DNA of 64,000 nucleotides from Octopus vulgaris (lineage: Eukaryota). Position numbers and translations under genes: made by a program. The notes beneath the pieces were generated by a model that made no database searches, was not told the origin of the DNA, and saw only the letters and a program-made list of their open reading frames with translations. The stretch spans positions 82,274,001-82,338,000 of the forward strand of contig OX597824.1 in the NCBI GenBank assembly GCA_951406725.2, read 5' to 3'. This document shows positions 39,621 to 52,777 of this stretch, one piece after another (positions within the stretch are counted from its first letter, which is position 1; every line of letters starts with the position of its first letter).

Positions 39621-40024
39621 ACACACGTTGAGAGAAAAAGAACGTGTGGAAGAATGACTCAGACAAAAAGCATTGATATAGACATAAATGTATACATACA
39701 AGTGAGTGTGTATTTATGAGCATGTGTGTATATGTGTATAATTTTCTTTGTGCATCTCTCTCTCTCTCTCTCTCTCTCTCAATCTCTCTCAAATATATAC
39801 ATACATAGATGTATATATATATATATATTGTGTTGTGTCTTATGAACATAAGTATGTGTGTATGTATGGATGTAGGTAAGTATGTAGGTGTATATACAAA
39901 AGTCAGTTAAACTGGGACATATGAATATGTATTACATTAAAAAGTATAGGATCCATTACCTGAGTGTATATGTATGTGTGAGTGTGTGTGTTTGTGTGTC
40001 TGTACACACGTACACATTCATACG

Positions 40025-40060
40025 TGATGTTGATGATGATGATGATGATGATGAGGATAT

Positions 40061-40127
<67 letters not shown>

Positions 40128-40341
40128 AATGATGATGATGATGATGATGATAATTGTAATGATGATGATGATGATGATGATGATGATATTGATGATGATG
40201 ATGATAATGATGATGATGATGATGATGATGAGGATATTGATGATGATGATGATAATGATGATGATGATGATGATGATGATAATTGTAATGATGATGATGA
40301 TGATGATAATTGTAATGATGATGATGATGATGATGATGATG
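40025..40341. repeat. (GAT)n microsatellite with recurring GAGGATATT and AATTGTAAT variants
   Basis: Direct inspection; source of the poly-D/M/S/I ORFs. Confidence 0.97.
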
Positions 40342-40439
40342 GACTCTCCCACCGTTGTTCCGACATATGAGACTTCAGTCGTTTGATGAACTGGGGTATC
40401 GTATTCAGCAAAGCGTCGGAGCATTCCACGGGTAAAAAT

Positions 40440-40600
40440 CTGTGGCCATGCTAGGGCACCGCTTTCATGAGCTTAGTCGAACAATTTGACCCCATTTTTT
40501 TTAAAGTCTTTTTTTTACTCCTGGTACATTTTCTTACGATCTCTTTTGACCAAGTGCTAAGTTTTGAAGACCAACAGCGGTTAACAAGCGGTAACAAACA
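40440..40600 (-). mobile_element. SINE family A 3' part, degraded
   Basis: GTGGCCATGCTAGGGCACCGC..TTAGTCGAACAATTTGACCCCA. Confidence 0.72.
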
Positions 40601-40658
40601 CACACAAAGTCACACACTCACACACATATACATACATTCATGCACACACACTCACACA

Positions 40659-40807
<149 letters not shown>

Positions 40808-40950
40808 AACATACATACATACATACATACATACATACATACATACACACACATACATATATATAACTGAATTAAGCCAGTTTTAGCTCACGAGCTGTGG
40901 CTATGCTGGGGCGCTGTCTTTTATATACACACTTGTAATGCCGGGGTACC

Positions 40951-40990
<40 letters not shown>

Positions 40991-41308
40991 TTACAGAGAC
41001 CCGTTGGTCAGACCTTTTGTTATGGCAAAAGTTTTACTCATTGGGATTGAACCTATGGTCTTGTGATTGCTAAGTGTATGAACTGCTTAACGACACTATC
41101 ATCTTTGTGTCCATACATACACTTCCTTCGCCACACATACACACATACACAGACGCTCGCGCACATAGAGATACACACATAAACTTAGTTAGAATGGTTA
41201 CTAAGGATTAATACACACCAGTAGGATGTAGAATCGTCACAGACACCGTATTCTATTTCCTCCCACGAGATCTCGCAGACTGCAGCATATCAAAATACTC
41301 GCATACAG

Positions 41309-41352
<44 letters not shown>

Positions 41353-41849
41353 CACACACACACACACATACACACACACAAGCATCACAAACACACACAT
41401 ACAGATACAGACAGCCACATTTACATACTCACAAATACATACACATATACGCACAGACACACACATACACACTCAAAAACCATGGACACGTGTGTACGCA
41501 TAAAAAGTATCTGTAGTCTAAATTTAGACCGACCGACCAACTAACCAACAGACAGACAGACAGACAAACAAAACCATACACAGACGTTTAAGAAAATAAG
41601 GGGGCTCTGTAATGTCTGAAAATTTCTGACAGTGAATCAGGAGCTATTTTAAGTTTATTCCCCAGAGGATACCAAGCCCAGTATATAACAGCAGTAAGGT
41701 CATTACGCATTTCGTACTTTTGAAAGAAATCCTTATGCGGTCACTAGACCCATAGAAATAGCAGCTAAATTTCCCAGAGACAACATCTCCAAATGTATTT
41801 AGAATATAAAGGATACATCGCATAATGTATTTCAAGAAATCCCTGATAC

Positions 41850-42276
41850 TCTCTTTATTCTCTTTTTACAGTTTTACTTGTCTCAGTCATTTGACTGTGG
41901 CCATGCTGGGGCCCCGCCTTTCGTCGAGCAAATCGACCCCAGGACTTATTCTTTGTAAGCCTAGTACTTATTATATCGGTCTCTCTTTTGCTGAACCGCG
42001 AAGTTACGGGGACGTAAACACACCAGCATCGGTTGTCAAGCGATCGTGGTGGGGGGGACAAACACAGACACGCAAACATATACCCACACATACATATATA
42101 TATGCATATATACGATGGGCTTCTTTCAGTTTCCGTCTGCCAAATCCTCTCACAAGGCTTTGGTCGGCCTGAGGCTATAGTAGAAGACACTTGCCCAAGG
42201 TGCCACGCAGTGGGGATGAACCCGGTACCATGTGGTTGGTAAGCAAGCTACTTACCACACAACCACTCCTACGCCT
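41850..42276 (-). mobile_element. SINE family A, full length (tRNA head plus CORE-like segment)
   Basis: Minus strand: AGGCGTAGGAGTGGTTGTGTGGTAAG..GGTTCATCCCC..GGCACCTTGGGCAAGTGTCTT..internal microsatellite..CAAATGACTGAGACAAG. Confidence 0.94.
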
Positions 42277-42384
42277 AAAATATATGGAACGCTTCACGAA
42301 TTTGCGTGTCATCCTTCCACAGGGTCCATGCTAATCTGTTCTGTATCGTTCCAATTTTAGAATAAGTACCGCGGTAGCTAGTAC
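42277..42384 (-). ncRNA. U6: U6 snRNA full-length copy, probably a pseudogene
   Basis: Minus strand GTACTAGCTACCGCGGTACTTATTCTAAAATTGGAACGATACAGAACAGATTAGCATGGACCCTGTGGAAGGATGACACGCAAATTCGTGAAGCGTTCCATATATTTT; ACAGAGA box altered to ACAGAAC and the internal stem-loop mutated. Confidence 0.95.
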
Positions 42385-42884
42385 TAAATATCTTTAAATA
42401 TTGAATTTTTCTGGTTTGATTTGACCCCTACATAATAAGTAAATTACTTACGTATCTCCATTAATATAAACAGTATTTTTGGTCAATACAGATGTTAAGC
42501 TAGATGATTGGGTGTGAGGAAATCCGTGTTGAATAATGATCTCTCGATTCAATAGCGCCCAGTCAATACTTAAAATATCTTTTAAGTTGCGAAAGAAATG
42601 TTGTGATGTACAAATATCTAATGGGTAAATAAATTTTATCATACTATTTTTCCCGACATTTATAACTTTATAGATTATGTATGTTTGTATTTGTTATCCT
42701 ACAGCTTATTAAATTCTGTTGTTTCGTTTAGGTCCCCGTTATTTAGCGGCTCAGCAAAAGACCCCGATTGAATAATAAGTACTGGACTTCAACAAAAATA
42801 ACATAGCGTTGGGGTCGGTTCATTCGAGTACAACCCATCAACATAGCCACATTTTTATAACGGAAACAAAAAAACGATGAAAGT

Positions 42885-43130
42885 CGCCCTTTTCAAGCCT
42901 AGCCAGGCTCCTGGGCCCGGTTTCCCGATTTCAATGGCGTATGTGTTACCCAGCTGAACAGGACGCTAATCCATCACAGCGTTACTCATTTTTGCCGGCT
43001 GAGTGGACTGGAGCAACGTGAATTGAAGTGTTTTGCTCAAGAACACAACGCGTCGCCCAGTCCAGGAATCGAAACCACAATCTTACGATCGTGATGCTGA
43101 CACCGTAACCACTAAGCCACGCGCCTCCAC
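42885..43130 (-). mobile_element. SINE family D with tail type 3
   Basis: Full copy homologous to 12221-12469. Confidence 0.92.
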
Positions 43131-43211
43131 ATGATGCCGGAAACAAGTAAAACATAAAAAATAGTTTAGCCACTATATGTGCCACCCAAGGGCTAAACAG
43201 CAACAATGCAC

Positions 43212-43259
<48 letters not shown>

Positions 43260-43612
43260 GAGATATATGTGCACACAGATGCATACTCAAGGAAAAACAT
43301 TTTGATAGGGAGTGCCTGTGGTCAAGAGCTTAATTTATCAACTATGCACGCCTCAGTTCCTTCCTGTTACACAACGCTTTCAAATATATATTTTATTGTT
43401 TCCTCTTCAGCGTCTGGTCATTCAATCTCTTGTGTGCAAAACTTGCTAGACGGAAAATATGACGAAGCTCTTCACAACGCATACACATACATTTTATGTG
43501 TGTGCATGTGTTTGTGTGCTTGTGTGCTTGTGTGTATGTGTGTGCGTGTGCTCGTTTGTGTGTGTGAGGAGAGGGGTGTTTTTTTGTGAGTATGCGAGTA
43601 CTTATACATACA

Positions 43613-43644
<32 letters not shown>

Positions 43645-43797
43645 CACAAGCACACACACAGGCGCACACTTACACATACATGCCACATACACACATGCCA
43701 CATACACATATACACATACATACATACATACATACATACATACATACATACATACATACATGCATACATACATACATACATACATACATACATACAT

Positions 43798-43845
<48 letters not shown>

Positions 43846-43849
43846 TATA

Positions 43850-44020
43850 TACAAGGGGCTTCTTTCAGTTTCCGTCTACCAAATCCACTCACAAGGCTTT
43901 GGTTGGCCCGAGGCTATAGTAAAAGACACTTGCCGAAGGTGTCACGCAGTGGGACTGAACCCGGAACCATGTGGTTGGTAAGCAAGCTACTTACTACTCT
44001 TACAGCCACTCCTACGCCTA
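43850..44020 (-). mobile_element. SINE family A, 5' half
   Basis: GGCTTCTTTCAGTTTCCGTCTACC..CAGCCACTCCTACGCCTA. Confidence 0.9.
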
Positions 44021-44090
44021 TGTGTATGTGTGTCTGTTATATATACGTGGATATAAATGTATACATGTATATGTATGCATACATACAGGC

Positions 44091-44160
<70 letters not shown>

Positions 44161-44489
44161 GTATATTCGCAGTTATATATGTGAATTTAAAAAATTTTAA
44201 TTGTGGACCGAATTTTCATAAACCATTAGAAAAACACACGTATATACACACAAACATATACATACATACGAACATATATACACATATACATATAGACATA
44301 AATATTAGATAGCATATTAGTTAATCCCCTTAATTCCCAAGATATAACGGAACATTTCTGTTTCGTCACCACATATCAGTAACTGATTAAAAATGTCATC
44401 GAAATATTATCAACTTCCCGTATGGTGTGATTTTACTGTAAAAATAACATTATCATTTGTAGGATTAACCTAGAAACGTCTGAGAGGCT

Positions 44490-44915
44490 TAGAGAGTAAC
44501 AGCGGAACTAGAAAAAAAGAAAGGTAAGTGCTATGGAGTTGAGATGCTTCGGGCGGTTTCAGGGTATCTCGTACAAAGAATCCAAGATGAATAACGAAGT
44601 GCGGATGAGGATATCCCGGGCTATTGGATCAAGAAAGGGTTTGATGACAATTGTAATGACGGGGACACTGAAATGGTAAGTTCATCTCACAAGAAGATCT
44701 GGCTTTGTAAAGATAATCCTACGGGGTGCAGTGGATGGTAAACGAGAGTAAGCCAGGTAAAGGTAAATATTGGTTTGTAACATCAAAGAGTGAACGACCC
44801 TCAATTTCGCTGTCTCACAGAGGGTAGAAAAAGAACGAGAGAAGAGGCGAAATCTAGTGCGAAGTCATCAACGAATTCCCCAACGGCCAAACGGTCAATG
44901 CATAGGATAGGATAG
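44490..44915 (+). mobile_element. RTE-clade LINE 3' end (degraded)
   Basis: AMELRCFGRFQGISYKESKMNNEVRMRISRAIG..LKW*VHLTR..KIILRGAVDGKR..NIKE*T..PQRP, ending in a GATAG-type short repeat tail. Confidence 0.85.
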
Positions 44916-45042
44916 ACAGAAATATTCATACAACTGTTAATAGTAAACACATTCACTTGCTTCATCAAATGGACTGGAACTCAGATAACTAAAGAAAGCC
45001 ACTAAAGGTATGACAGCTGAAAAACTGCTCAAAGTGGAAGTA

Positions 45043-45418
45043 ATTCTTTTCTACTTTAGGCACAAGGCCTGAAATGTTTGGGGAGGGGGCCAGTCGATTA
45101 AATCGATCCCAGGACCCAACTGATACTTAATTTATCCACCCCGAAAGGATGAAACGCAGAGTCGACCTCGTTGGAATTTGAACTCAGAACGTAAAGACAA
45201 ACGAAATACCTATTTCTTTACTACAAGGGGCTAAACACAGAGAGGACAAACAAGGACAGACAAACGGATTGAGTCGATTATATCGACCCCAGTGAGTAAC
45301 TGGTCTTTAATTTATCGATGGAAGGCAATATCGACCTCGGCGGAATTAGAACTCAGAACGTAACGGCAGACGAAATACTGCTAAGCACTCCGCTAACGTT
45401 TCTGCCAGCTCGCCGCCT
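45043..45418 (-). mobile_element. SINE family B, head plus two body units with different tails
   Basis: Head ..GCCAGCTCGCCGCC (45417), unit with tail 1, then unit with tail CAGGCCTTGTGCCTAAAGTAGAAA. Confidence 0.9.
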
Positions 45419-45469
45419 TTCAAAGCGGCAATAATTGACAAGAGACTGCAAGTGGAAGCCTTCCACAGA

Positions 45470-45487
45470 CGGTTGTCAAGCGATGTT

Positions 45488-45532
<45 letters not shown>

Positions 45533-45705
45533 CATATATACGATGGGCTTCTTTCTGTTTCCGTCTACCAAATCCACTCACAAGGCTTTGGTCGGCCCGA
45601 GGCTATAGTAGACGACACTTGCCCAAGGTGCCACGTAGTGGGACTGAACTCGGAACCATGTGGTTGGTAAACAAGCTACTTACCACACAGCCACTCCTAC
45701 GCCTA
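45470..45705 (-). mobile_element. SINE family A, 3'-truncated
   Basis: CGGTTGTCAAGCGATG..(CA)n..CACTCCTACGCCTA. Confidence 0.9.
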
Positions 45706-45861
45706 TAAGAAAATATTTGAGCTATGACATTTATATTTTTGTTGTGCCTGGGGATGTTCATTTTCTTTTTGTGCCTTATGATTTAACACACACACCGGTA
45801 AAATTTCCACATTTCTTATATTTATTTTTATATTGTTACCGTTGAAATAGTTGTACAATTT

Positions 45862-46110
45862 GTGGAGGCACAATGGCCCAGTGGTTAGGGCAGCGGACTC
45901 GCGGTCGTAGGATCGCGGTTTCGATTCCCAGACCGGGCATTGTGAGTGTTTATTGAGCGAAAACACCTAAAGCTTCACAAGGCTCCTGCAGGGGTTGGTA
46001 GCAAACCCTGCTGTACTCTTTCACCACAACTTTCTCTCACTCTTTCTTCCTGTTTCTGTTGTACCTGTATTTCAAAGGGCCAGCCTTGTCACACTGTGTC
46101 ACGCTGAATC
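45862..46110 (+). mobile_element. SINE family C with tail type 1 (truncated)
   Basis: Matches 27412-27665. Confidence 0.92.
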
Positions 46111-46202
46111 ATATGAAAAATGCTTGTATTTTTCATTGTTCAAAATTATGCGTGTATACATACACGCCCAGCATACATATATCATATACATACATAATGC
46201 AT

Positions 46203-46513
46203 ATCACCGTGATCACCGTGACCGACCAGGCTATCAGATGTTGTTACACATCGCTGGTCACAATGCGCTTCGCATTGTTTTAGCCTTCAAATGACGCCAC
46301 CCCGCTGGCTAAGCGAGCAGGCCAACAGAAGAAAGAGTGAGAGAAAATTGTGGCGAAAAGTACAGCAGGGATCGCCACCGCCCCCTGCCGGAGCCTCGTG
46401 AAGTTTTAGGTGTTTTCGCTCAATAAACACTCACAACGCCCGGTCTGGGAATCGAAACCACGATCCTACGACCGCGAGTCCGCTGCCCTAACCACTAGGC
46501 CATTGCGCCTCCA
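46203..46513 (-). mobile_element. SINE family C with tail type 2
   Basis: Matches 31748-32058. Confidence 0.92.
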
Positions 46514-46739
46514 TAATGCCTATATACATATTAAATACGATTTGTTTCCTCACAGTTTCTGTTCAACAAATTCTATTTACATTGAGTCAGTTAATCATAG
46601 AGAAATGTAACAACTGAATTGCAATTGTAAAGGTCAATTGTCCATGCACTTTGAACATTTCATTTTAAAACGATTAAGAAAAGATATATGGGGGATTGCT
46701 TTGAAATCTAGAATTTATTTATCTATAAAGGTTTGGTTA

Positions 46740-47134
46740 TCTTTATATATAAAAGTGAAGTTGTGTGTCTGTCTTCTCCGATTTAGATTCCTAACTACTC
46801 CCACATTTTGCGGTGCAGTTTAACCAAAACCGGGTATCTTATAGTCGTGATTCATATCGAGCCCTTCTGGGTATTAGCGCGCGTCTACGATGAGTCTACG
46901 ATTTTTAAAATAATTTACCATAATTTTTTCCATTTTAATGCATTTTTTCGCTATTATATAAGGGAAGTAACTCTCTAAAAATGTCTACGATGAGTCAACG
47001 ATTTAAAAAAAAATTACCATCATTTTTTATTCCATTTTTAATGCATTTTTTCTATTTTTTTGCTATAACTCACTAAAAATGCTTATATAGTTATTTCCCT
47101 TACAAATCCGAGCAACGCCGGGCGATACTGCTAG
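46740..47134 (+). mobile_element. Non-autonomous Helitron, copy 1 of tandem trimer
   Basis: A|TCTTTATATATAAAAG start; TCCGAGCAACGCCGGG hairpin and CTAG end. Confidence 0.9.
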
Positions 47135-47640
47135 TCTATATATATAAAACTCTAGTTGTGTGAGTGTCTGTCCCCTTCGATTTACATTCCTAACTCCTCC
47201 CACATTTTGCGGTGCAGTTTAACCAAATTCGGGTATCTTATAGTCGTGATTCATATCGAGCCCGTCTGACTATTAGCGCGCGTCAACGATGAGTCTACGA
47301 TTTTAAAAATAATTTAACATCATTTTTTATTCCATTTTAATGCATAAAATGCATCGTGTGTCGATGGCGGCGGAGTTGGCGTCCACGCTCACAGCTGCAC
47401 CTGTTTGCTTCTCCCCCTTCCCTCCCTCGTGAAGCTGTGGGGAAGGGAGTGTAAAGAAATCAACCTCGTAATGCGTTGTGAAGGAGACCAGCGTTCTTTT
47501 AGAACAACGACTTCGTGGCTTGAAGACACCAAAACAAAAATGGCTAAGAAAGCCCGAATTTATAAGGGAAGTGACTCTCTAAAAATGCTTATATAGTTAT
47601 TTCCCTTACAAACCCGAGCAACGCCGGGCGATACTGCTAG
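47135..47640 (+). mobile_element. Non-autonomous Helitron, copy 2 (longer variant)
   Basis: TCTATATATATAAAA start, same 3' hairpin and CTAG; distinct GC-richer internal segment ~47345-47558. Confidence 0.9.
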
Positions 47641-48033
47641 TTATATATAAAAGTGAAGTTGTGTGTCTGTCTCCTCCGATTTAGATTCCTAACTACTCCC
47701 ACATTTTGCGGTGCAGTTTAACCAAAACCGGGTATCTTATAGTCGTGATTCATATCGAGCCCTTCTGGGTATTAGCGCGCGTCTACGATGAGTCTACGAA
47801 TTTTAAAATAATTTACCATAATTTTTTCCATTTTAATGCATTCTTTCGCTATTATATAAGGGAAGTAACTCTCTAAAAATGTCTACGATGAGTCAAAGAT
47901 TTAAAAAAAAAATTACCATCATTTTTTTCCATTTTTAACGCATTTTTTTGTTATTTTTTTGCTATAACTCTCTAAAAATGCTTATATAGTTATTTCTCTT
48001 ACAAACCCGAGCAACGCCGGGCGATACTGCTAG
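47641..48033 (+). mobile_element. Non-autonomous Helitron, copy 3
   Basis: Near identical to copy 1 but lacks the first TCT; ends CTAG|T. Confidence 0.9.
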
Positions 48034-48742
48034 TATTTAAATATTTAACGAGTAATCGTGGAAAGTTGATGCTTCCTCATAGAAATAACAGATCACGTAA
48101 TTCGTGTCTTACAAATTGAAACGTTAAGAAGAATCTAATAATATACCAGACATTTCTAAAATTTTGCCTATATTTTTGTTTTTTCTTTTGCTGTTGTTTT
48201 CTATATTCTGATGTTAGATTTTCGTTTGATTCCTTTTGTCAGACACCAGATTGCTGTTGATAATTGACAATGTTGCAAACAAAGACATTAAATACAACTA
48301 TTCAGATATATTCACAACAACCACCTGCGCACAACGAAAAACATTTTCTGTATTATAATTGCTATGTACAATATGAATTATGTACACAACAGATTTATCA
48401 AAACTATACATCACAGCAGTAAGACAAACAAATGTGGTAACATATAACATTATTGAGCGAGGTTACCGTGGTCTTTTCCGTAAGCTTTTCTTTCCACGGA
48501 TAAACCCTATCTGCTTCCCCCCTTTACACTTTATATCATGAGATTTCTGTGATACTCGATCCCTATTGTTCGTTTTTTTTTCTTTCTTATTTTTTCTTCT
48601 TTCCCTTTTACGATCCCTTTTGATCGAAAACCTACCCCTTTATCTTTCTCTCCCCCAAAAAGAAAAGCTCTACTTTGTAATCTGTTCCGTCTGTGTGCAG
48701 CCCTGTGTGGCTAATAAAGAAACATATATATATACATACATA

Positions 48743-49001
48743 GTGGAGGAGCAATTGCCCAGTGATTAGTGCAACAGACTCGCGGTCGTAGGATCACGGT
48801 TTCGATTCCCAGACTGGGCGTTGTCAGTGTTTATTGACCGGAAACACCTAAAGCTCCATGAGGTTCCGGCAGTGGAGTGTTGGTGAACCCTGCTATACTT
48901 TTTCATCCCAACTTTCTCCCACTCTTTCTTCCTGTTTCTGTTGTATATTTCAAAGGGCCAGTCTTGTCACACTCTGTGTCATGCTGAATCTCCCCGAGAA
49001 T
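48743..49001 (+). mobile_element. SINE family C with tail type 1, diverged
   Basis: GACTCGCGGTCGTAGGATC..TTCAAAGGGCCAG..CCCCGAGAA. Confidence 0.87.
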
Positions 49002-49022
49002 TCAGCGTGACACACAAACACT

Positions 49023-49134
<112 letters not shown>

Positions 49135-49272
49135 TACAACAGGCTTCTTTCAGTTTCTGTCCAGAAAATCGACTCACAGGGCTATGGTCTGCTCGAGGCT
49201 ATAGTAGACGACACTTCCCCAAGGTGCCACACACATATTTTACATACATATAAGAAGGATGCCCATTATGTG

Positions 49273-49414
<142 letters not shown>

Positions 49415-49747
49415 TAGTACACATTTTTCTAAATCTTGTACAACTCTGTTTCTGTCTATCAACCCTTTCACGCTTATTCGTTCATTCCACTCTTCATTCT
49501 TTCGTTCCCCGCTCTCTCTCTCTCATTTCTTTGCCTTCTCTTCTTGCTCACTTTCCCTCCACTTTTCACTTCACTGTGTCCCTGTCATTTTTCTCGCCCT
49601 TCTTTAATTCTTCTACCCCTCCGCTTCTACTTCTCTCTCTTCTGTTCCCACGTGACAGTCGTTCGGCAAAGCCCTGCTCCTTTTTTGTTGGTCTGGCCGT
49701 TGTCCGTCCAACATCGATATTCCTCCCTGTGTTTGCGAAATCTTGTA

Positions 49748-50090
49748 TCCCTGCCGTAAGGCTTCATCTCCACACACGCCATCTTAATTTAATTCGTCCT
49801 TAGTCGAAAGACACCTGTTGTTATGTCCCGTTATTATTTTTATTGTATTTGTGTAGCATTTTTTCCGTCCTTGTTTTGTATAGATTTGTTGCTTTCTTCT
49901 AAGGGTTCTAATGCTCTTAGCTTAGCTTTTCCTTGGGGCTGGCCAGATTGGAGCAATCTCAAGTAAAATCAGCCGAAATTGCGCAAATAATCTGGTATTT
50001 GACTGAGGAAAGAAAATTTCGAATGACCTGTCCTTCTTTTTTGTTTATCATCTATCTGGATATTTTGCGTTCTTGTCCCATTTTGTATTT
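49748..50090 (+). mobile_element. Interspersed repeat family F
   Basis: Aligns with 13490-13835 (CCCTGCCGTAAGG..CTTAGTCGAAAGACAC..TTGGGGCTGGCCAGATTGG). Confidence 0.75.
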
Positions 50091-50097
50091 ATATATT

Positions 50098-50189
<92 letters not shown>

Positions 50190-50337
50190 TATATATAATG
50201 TTTGCGTGCATCTGCGTGTGTATATATATATATATATATATACATATACACACACATATATGTATGCATGTATGTATGTATAATATATAATATATACATA
50301 CATATATATGTGAGTTTATATATACACACACACACAC

Positions 50338-50484
50338 GCACGGATGCACGCAAACATTTATTTATGATTACATGTACTTATATATGTATGTATATGTCTG
50401 TCTGTATATTTATCAGTATATATATATGTATATATGTGTGTGCGTATGTGTATGTGTGTATTTCCGTATATATATATATATGTA

Positions 50485-50533
<49 letters not shown>

Positions 50534-50678
50534 ACGTTCGTAAGCATGAAAGTTTGTTATGACTCAGATTGGGGTATAAATAGAAAAATGAATAAAAAAA
50601 CAAAAAACCACATATATAAATAGAGACATTGTTTGTGTCATTGAGAATGTTATTGTTGTTATTCTTCCTACTGTTCTT
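50338..50678 (+). repeat. Local duplication, copy 1
   Basis: Direct repeat of 52778-53113. Confidence 0.85.
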
Positions 50679-50896
50679 GCCTCGTGCCTCGTGCGAGCCC
50701 CGAGCAATCGCCTATCTCTTACACTGTTTCAGTATTTCGTGTCAAAGGTGAAACAATAATATCTCAATTGTAATGTGAGATATTACATTCAGTTTTAATA
50801 GAATCGTTATTAATACTTGCACTATGCATATAAGATATTCATAGCGAAACTATTATCTCACATCTGCGCATATATATGTATGTGTGTATGTGTATG

Positions 50897-50938
<42 letters not shown>

Positions 50939-51287
50939 TATGTGTGTGTGTATAGATACAGCAGGTGGTGCAGATGAGGGCAGCTGCATTGAACTCTCTC
51001 ATGCACCAAATGGCAATTGCTGAAAAGCATTCGTGAAGTAAAGTCATGTAGCAACACTAAATGGCGGTACCCCAGCATGGCCACAGCTCGTAGCTGAAAC
51101 TAGATAAAATAAAATAGAATAAAATAAAATAAAATATGTATATGAATATATGTATAGATGTATATGTATATAGATACATGTATAAATATATAGATTTCTA
51201 TGTATGTATATATATGTATATAGGTATATATGTATGTATATGTATTCGTTTCTCGTTGAGTTCTACGTCTATTTGTGGTGTCCTGTA

Positions 51288-51332
<45 letters not shown>

Positions 51333-51339
51333 TTTATTT

Positions 51340-51412
51340 TAAATTAATTTACTCTGCTATGTATCGAGTACCTTATTTACTGTGGTTAACCCCGACTCAA
51401 CCCGGGACCTAC
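51340..51412 (+). mobile_element. Short repeat (probable PLE end); inverted copy at 53666-53738
   Basis: AATTAATTTACTCTGCTATGTAT..GGTTAACCCCGACTCAACCCGGGACCTAC. Confidence 0.7.
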
Positions 51413-51468
51413 ATATATATATATATATGTTTGTCCCCTCTGTGTTTAGCCCCTTGTGGGTAGTAAAG

Positions 51469-51521
<53 letters not shown>

Positions 51522-51596
51522 TGTATATATACATGTAGATGTAAGTACGTACATATATGTATGTATGTATGCATATATTTAATATTTATTGAATTA

Positions 51597-51740
51597 TTAG
51601 CGGTTCGGCAAAAGAGACCGATAGAATAAGTACTGGGTTTACAAAGAATAAGTCCCGGGGTCGATTTGCTCGATTAAAGGCGGTGCTCCAGCATGGCCGC
51701 AGTCAAATGACTGAAACAAGTAAAAGAGTAAAGAGAGAGT
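51597..51740 (+). mobile_element. SINE family A 3' part
   Basis: TTAGCGGTTCGGCAAAAGAGACCG..GAAACAAGTAAAAGAG. Confidence 0.92.
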
Positions 51741-51871
51741 ATATGTGTGTGTGTGTGTGTGTATCTATATATTTCTATGTATATTATATGTATACATATG
51801 AGTCATATATATGTATGTTTACATATGTATATATATATATAGATGTATATACATTTAGATATATATGTATT

Positions 51872-52343
51872 ATTGTTGAGTGAGTTGTATCCAGGTATGG
51901 ATGGCTTATCAGGTATTCCTTGAAGAAATCTGTCCAGACACCGTTTAAAGGTGATGGGATCCTTTTCCTCTTTGATCTCTTTTGGGACAATGTTAAACAA
52001 GGCAGGGCCTGTTGAGGAAAAGAAATTATGTCGCAGTGTACCTCTGTATGCTGTGATCCTGAATTGAGCAGAGGACGTATGGCCCGTGGTCCCAGCTTTG
52101 CATGAACTTTGAAACTAATGTTCAGGTCGTTTGGGCAATGCTGGCTGTATATTCTCCACATCGTACAAATGATGTACCACTCGCGGCTGTGCTGGAGAGA
52201 GTAGAGTTTCAAAACTTTAAGGCGGTCCCAATAATCGAGATCAGTCATGCCTTCAATTCGGTTAGTGAGTGCCGTCCTGGGGTGATTCAATCCTCGAGAT
52301 GTTTTGTTTTGTATGGGAAGACCACAAGGGGCTGCAGTTTTCG
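51872..52343 (-). mobile_element. CR1-like LINE ORF2 C-terminal fragment (frameshifted)
   Basis: [43 protein letters not shown] and [34 protein letters not shown]. Confidence 0.85.
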
Positions 52344-52459
52344 AGATATATATATATATAAATATATGTGTGCGTGTGTGTGTGTATATATATATATATA
52401 TTGTGTATATATTTATGTATATATATACATGTATATGCATATATATATATATATATATA

Positions 52460-52525
<66 letters not shown>

Positions 52526-52544
52526 GCCTTGTCGAGTTATAGGT

Positions 52545-52625
52545 ACATTCGCCTGGTCTAGGACACGAAACTGCGATCCTACGACCGCCAGTCCGCTGCC
52601 CTAACCACTGGGCCATTGTGCCTCG
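52545..52625 (-). mobile_element. SINE family C head fragment
   Basis: GCGATCCTACGACCGC..CCCTAACCACTGGGCCATTG. Confidence 0.82.
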
Positions 52626-52634
52626 ACGTATGAA

Positions 52635-52701
<67 letters not shown>

Positions 52702-52710
52702 ATGTGTCTT

Positions 52711-52768
<58 letters not shown>

Positions 52769-52777
52769 TACAAACAC

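Noticed and set aside
40342-40438. Possible LINE 3' end on the minus strand with (CAT)n tail
   Set aside because: Only weak similarity (PWNA..FIKRLKSH) across frames; too short to call
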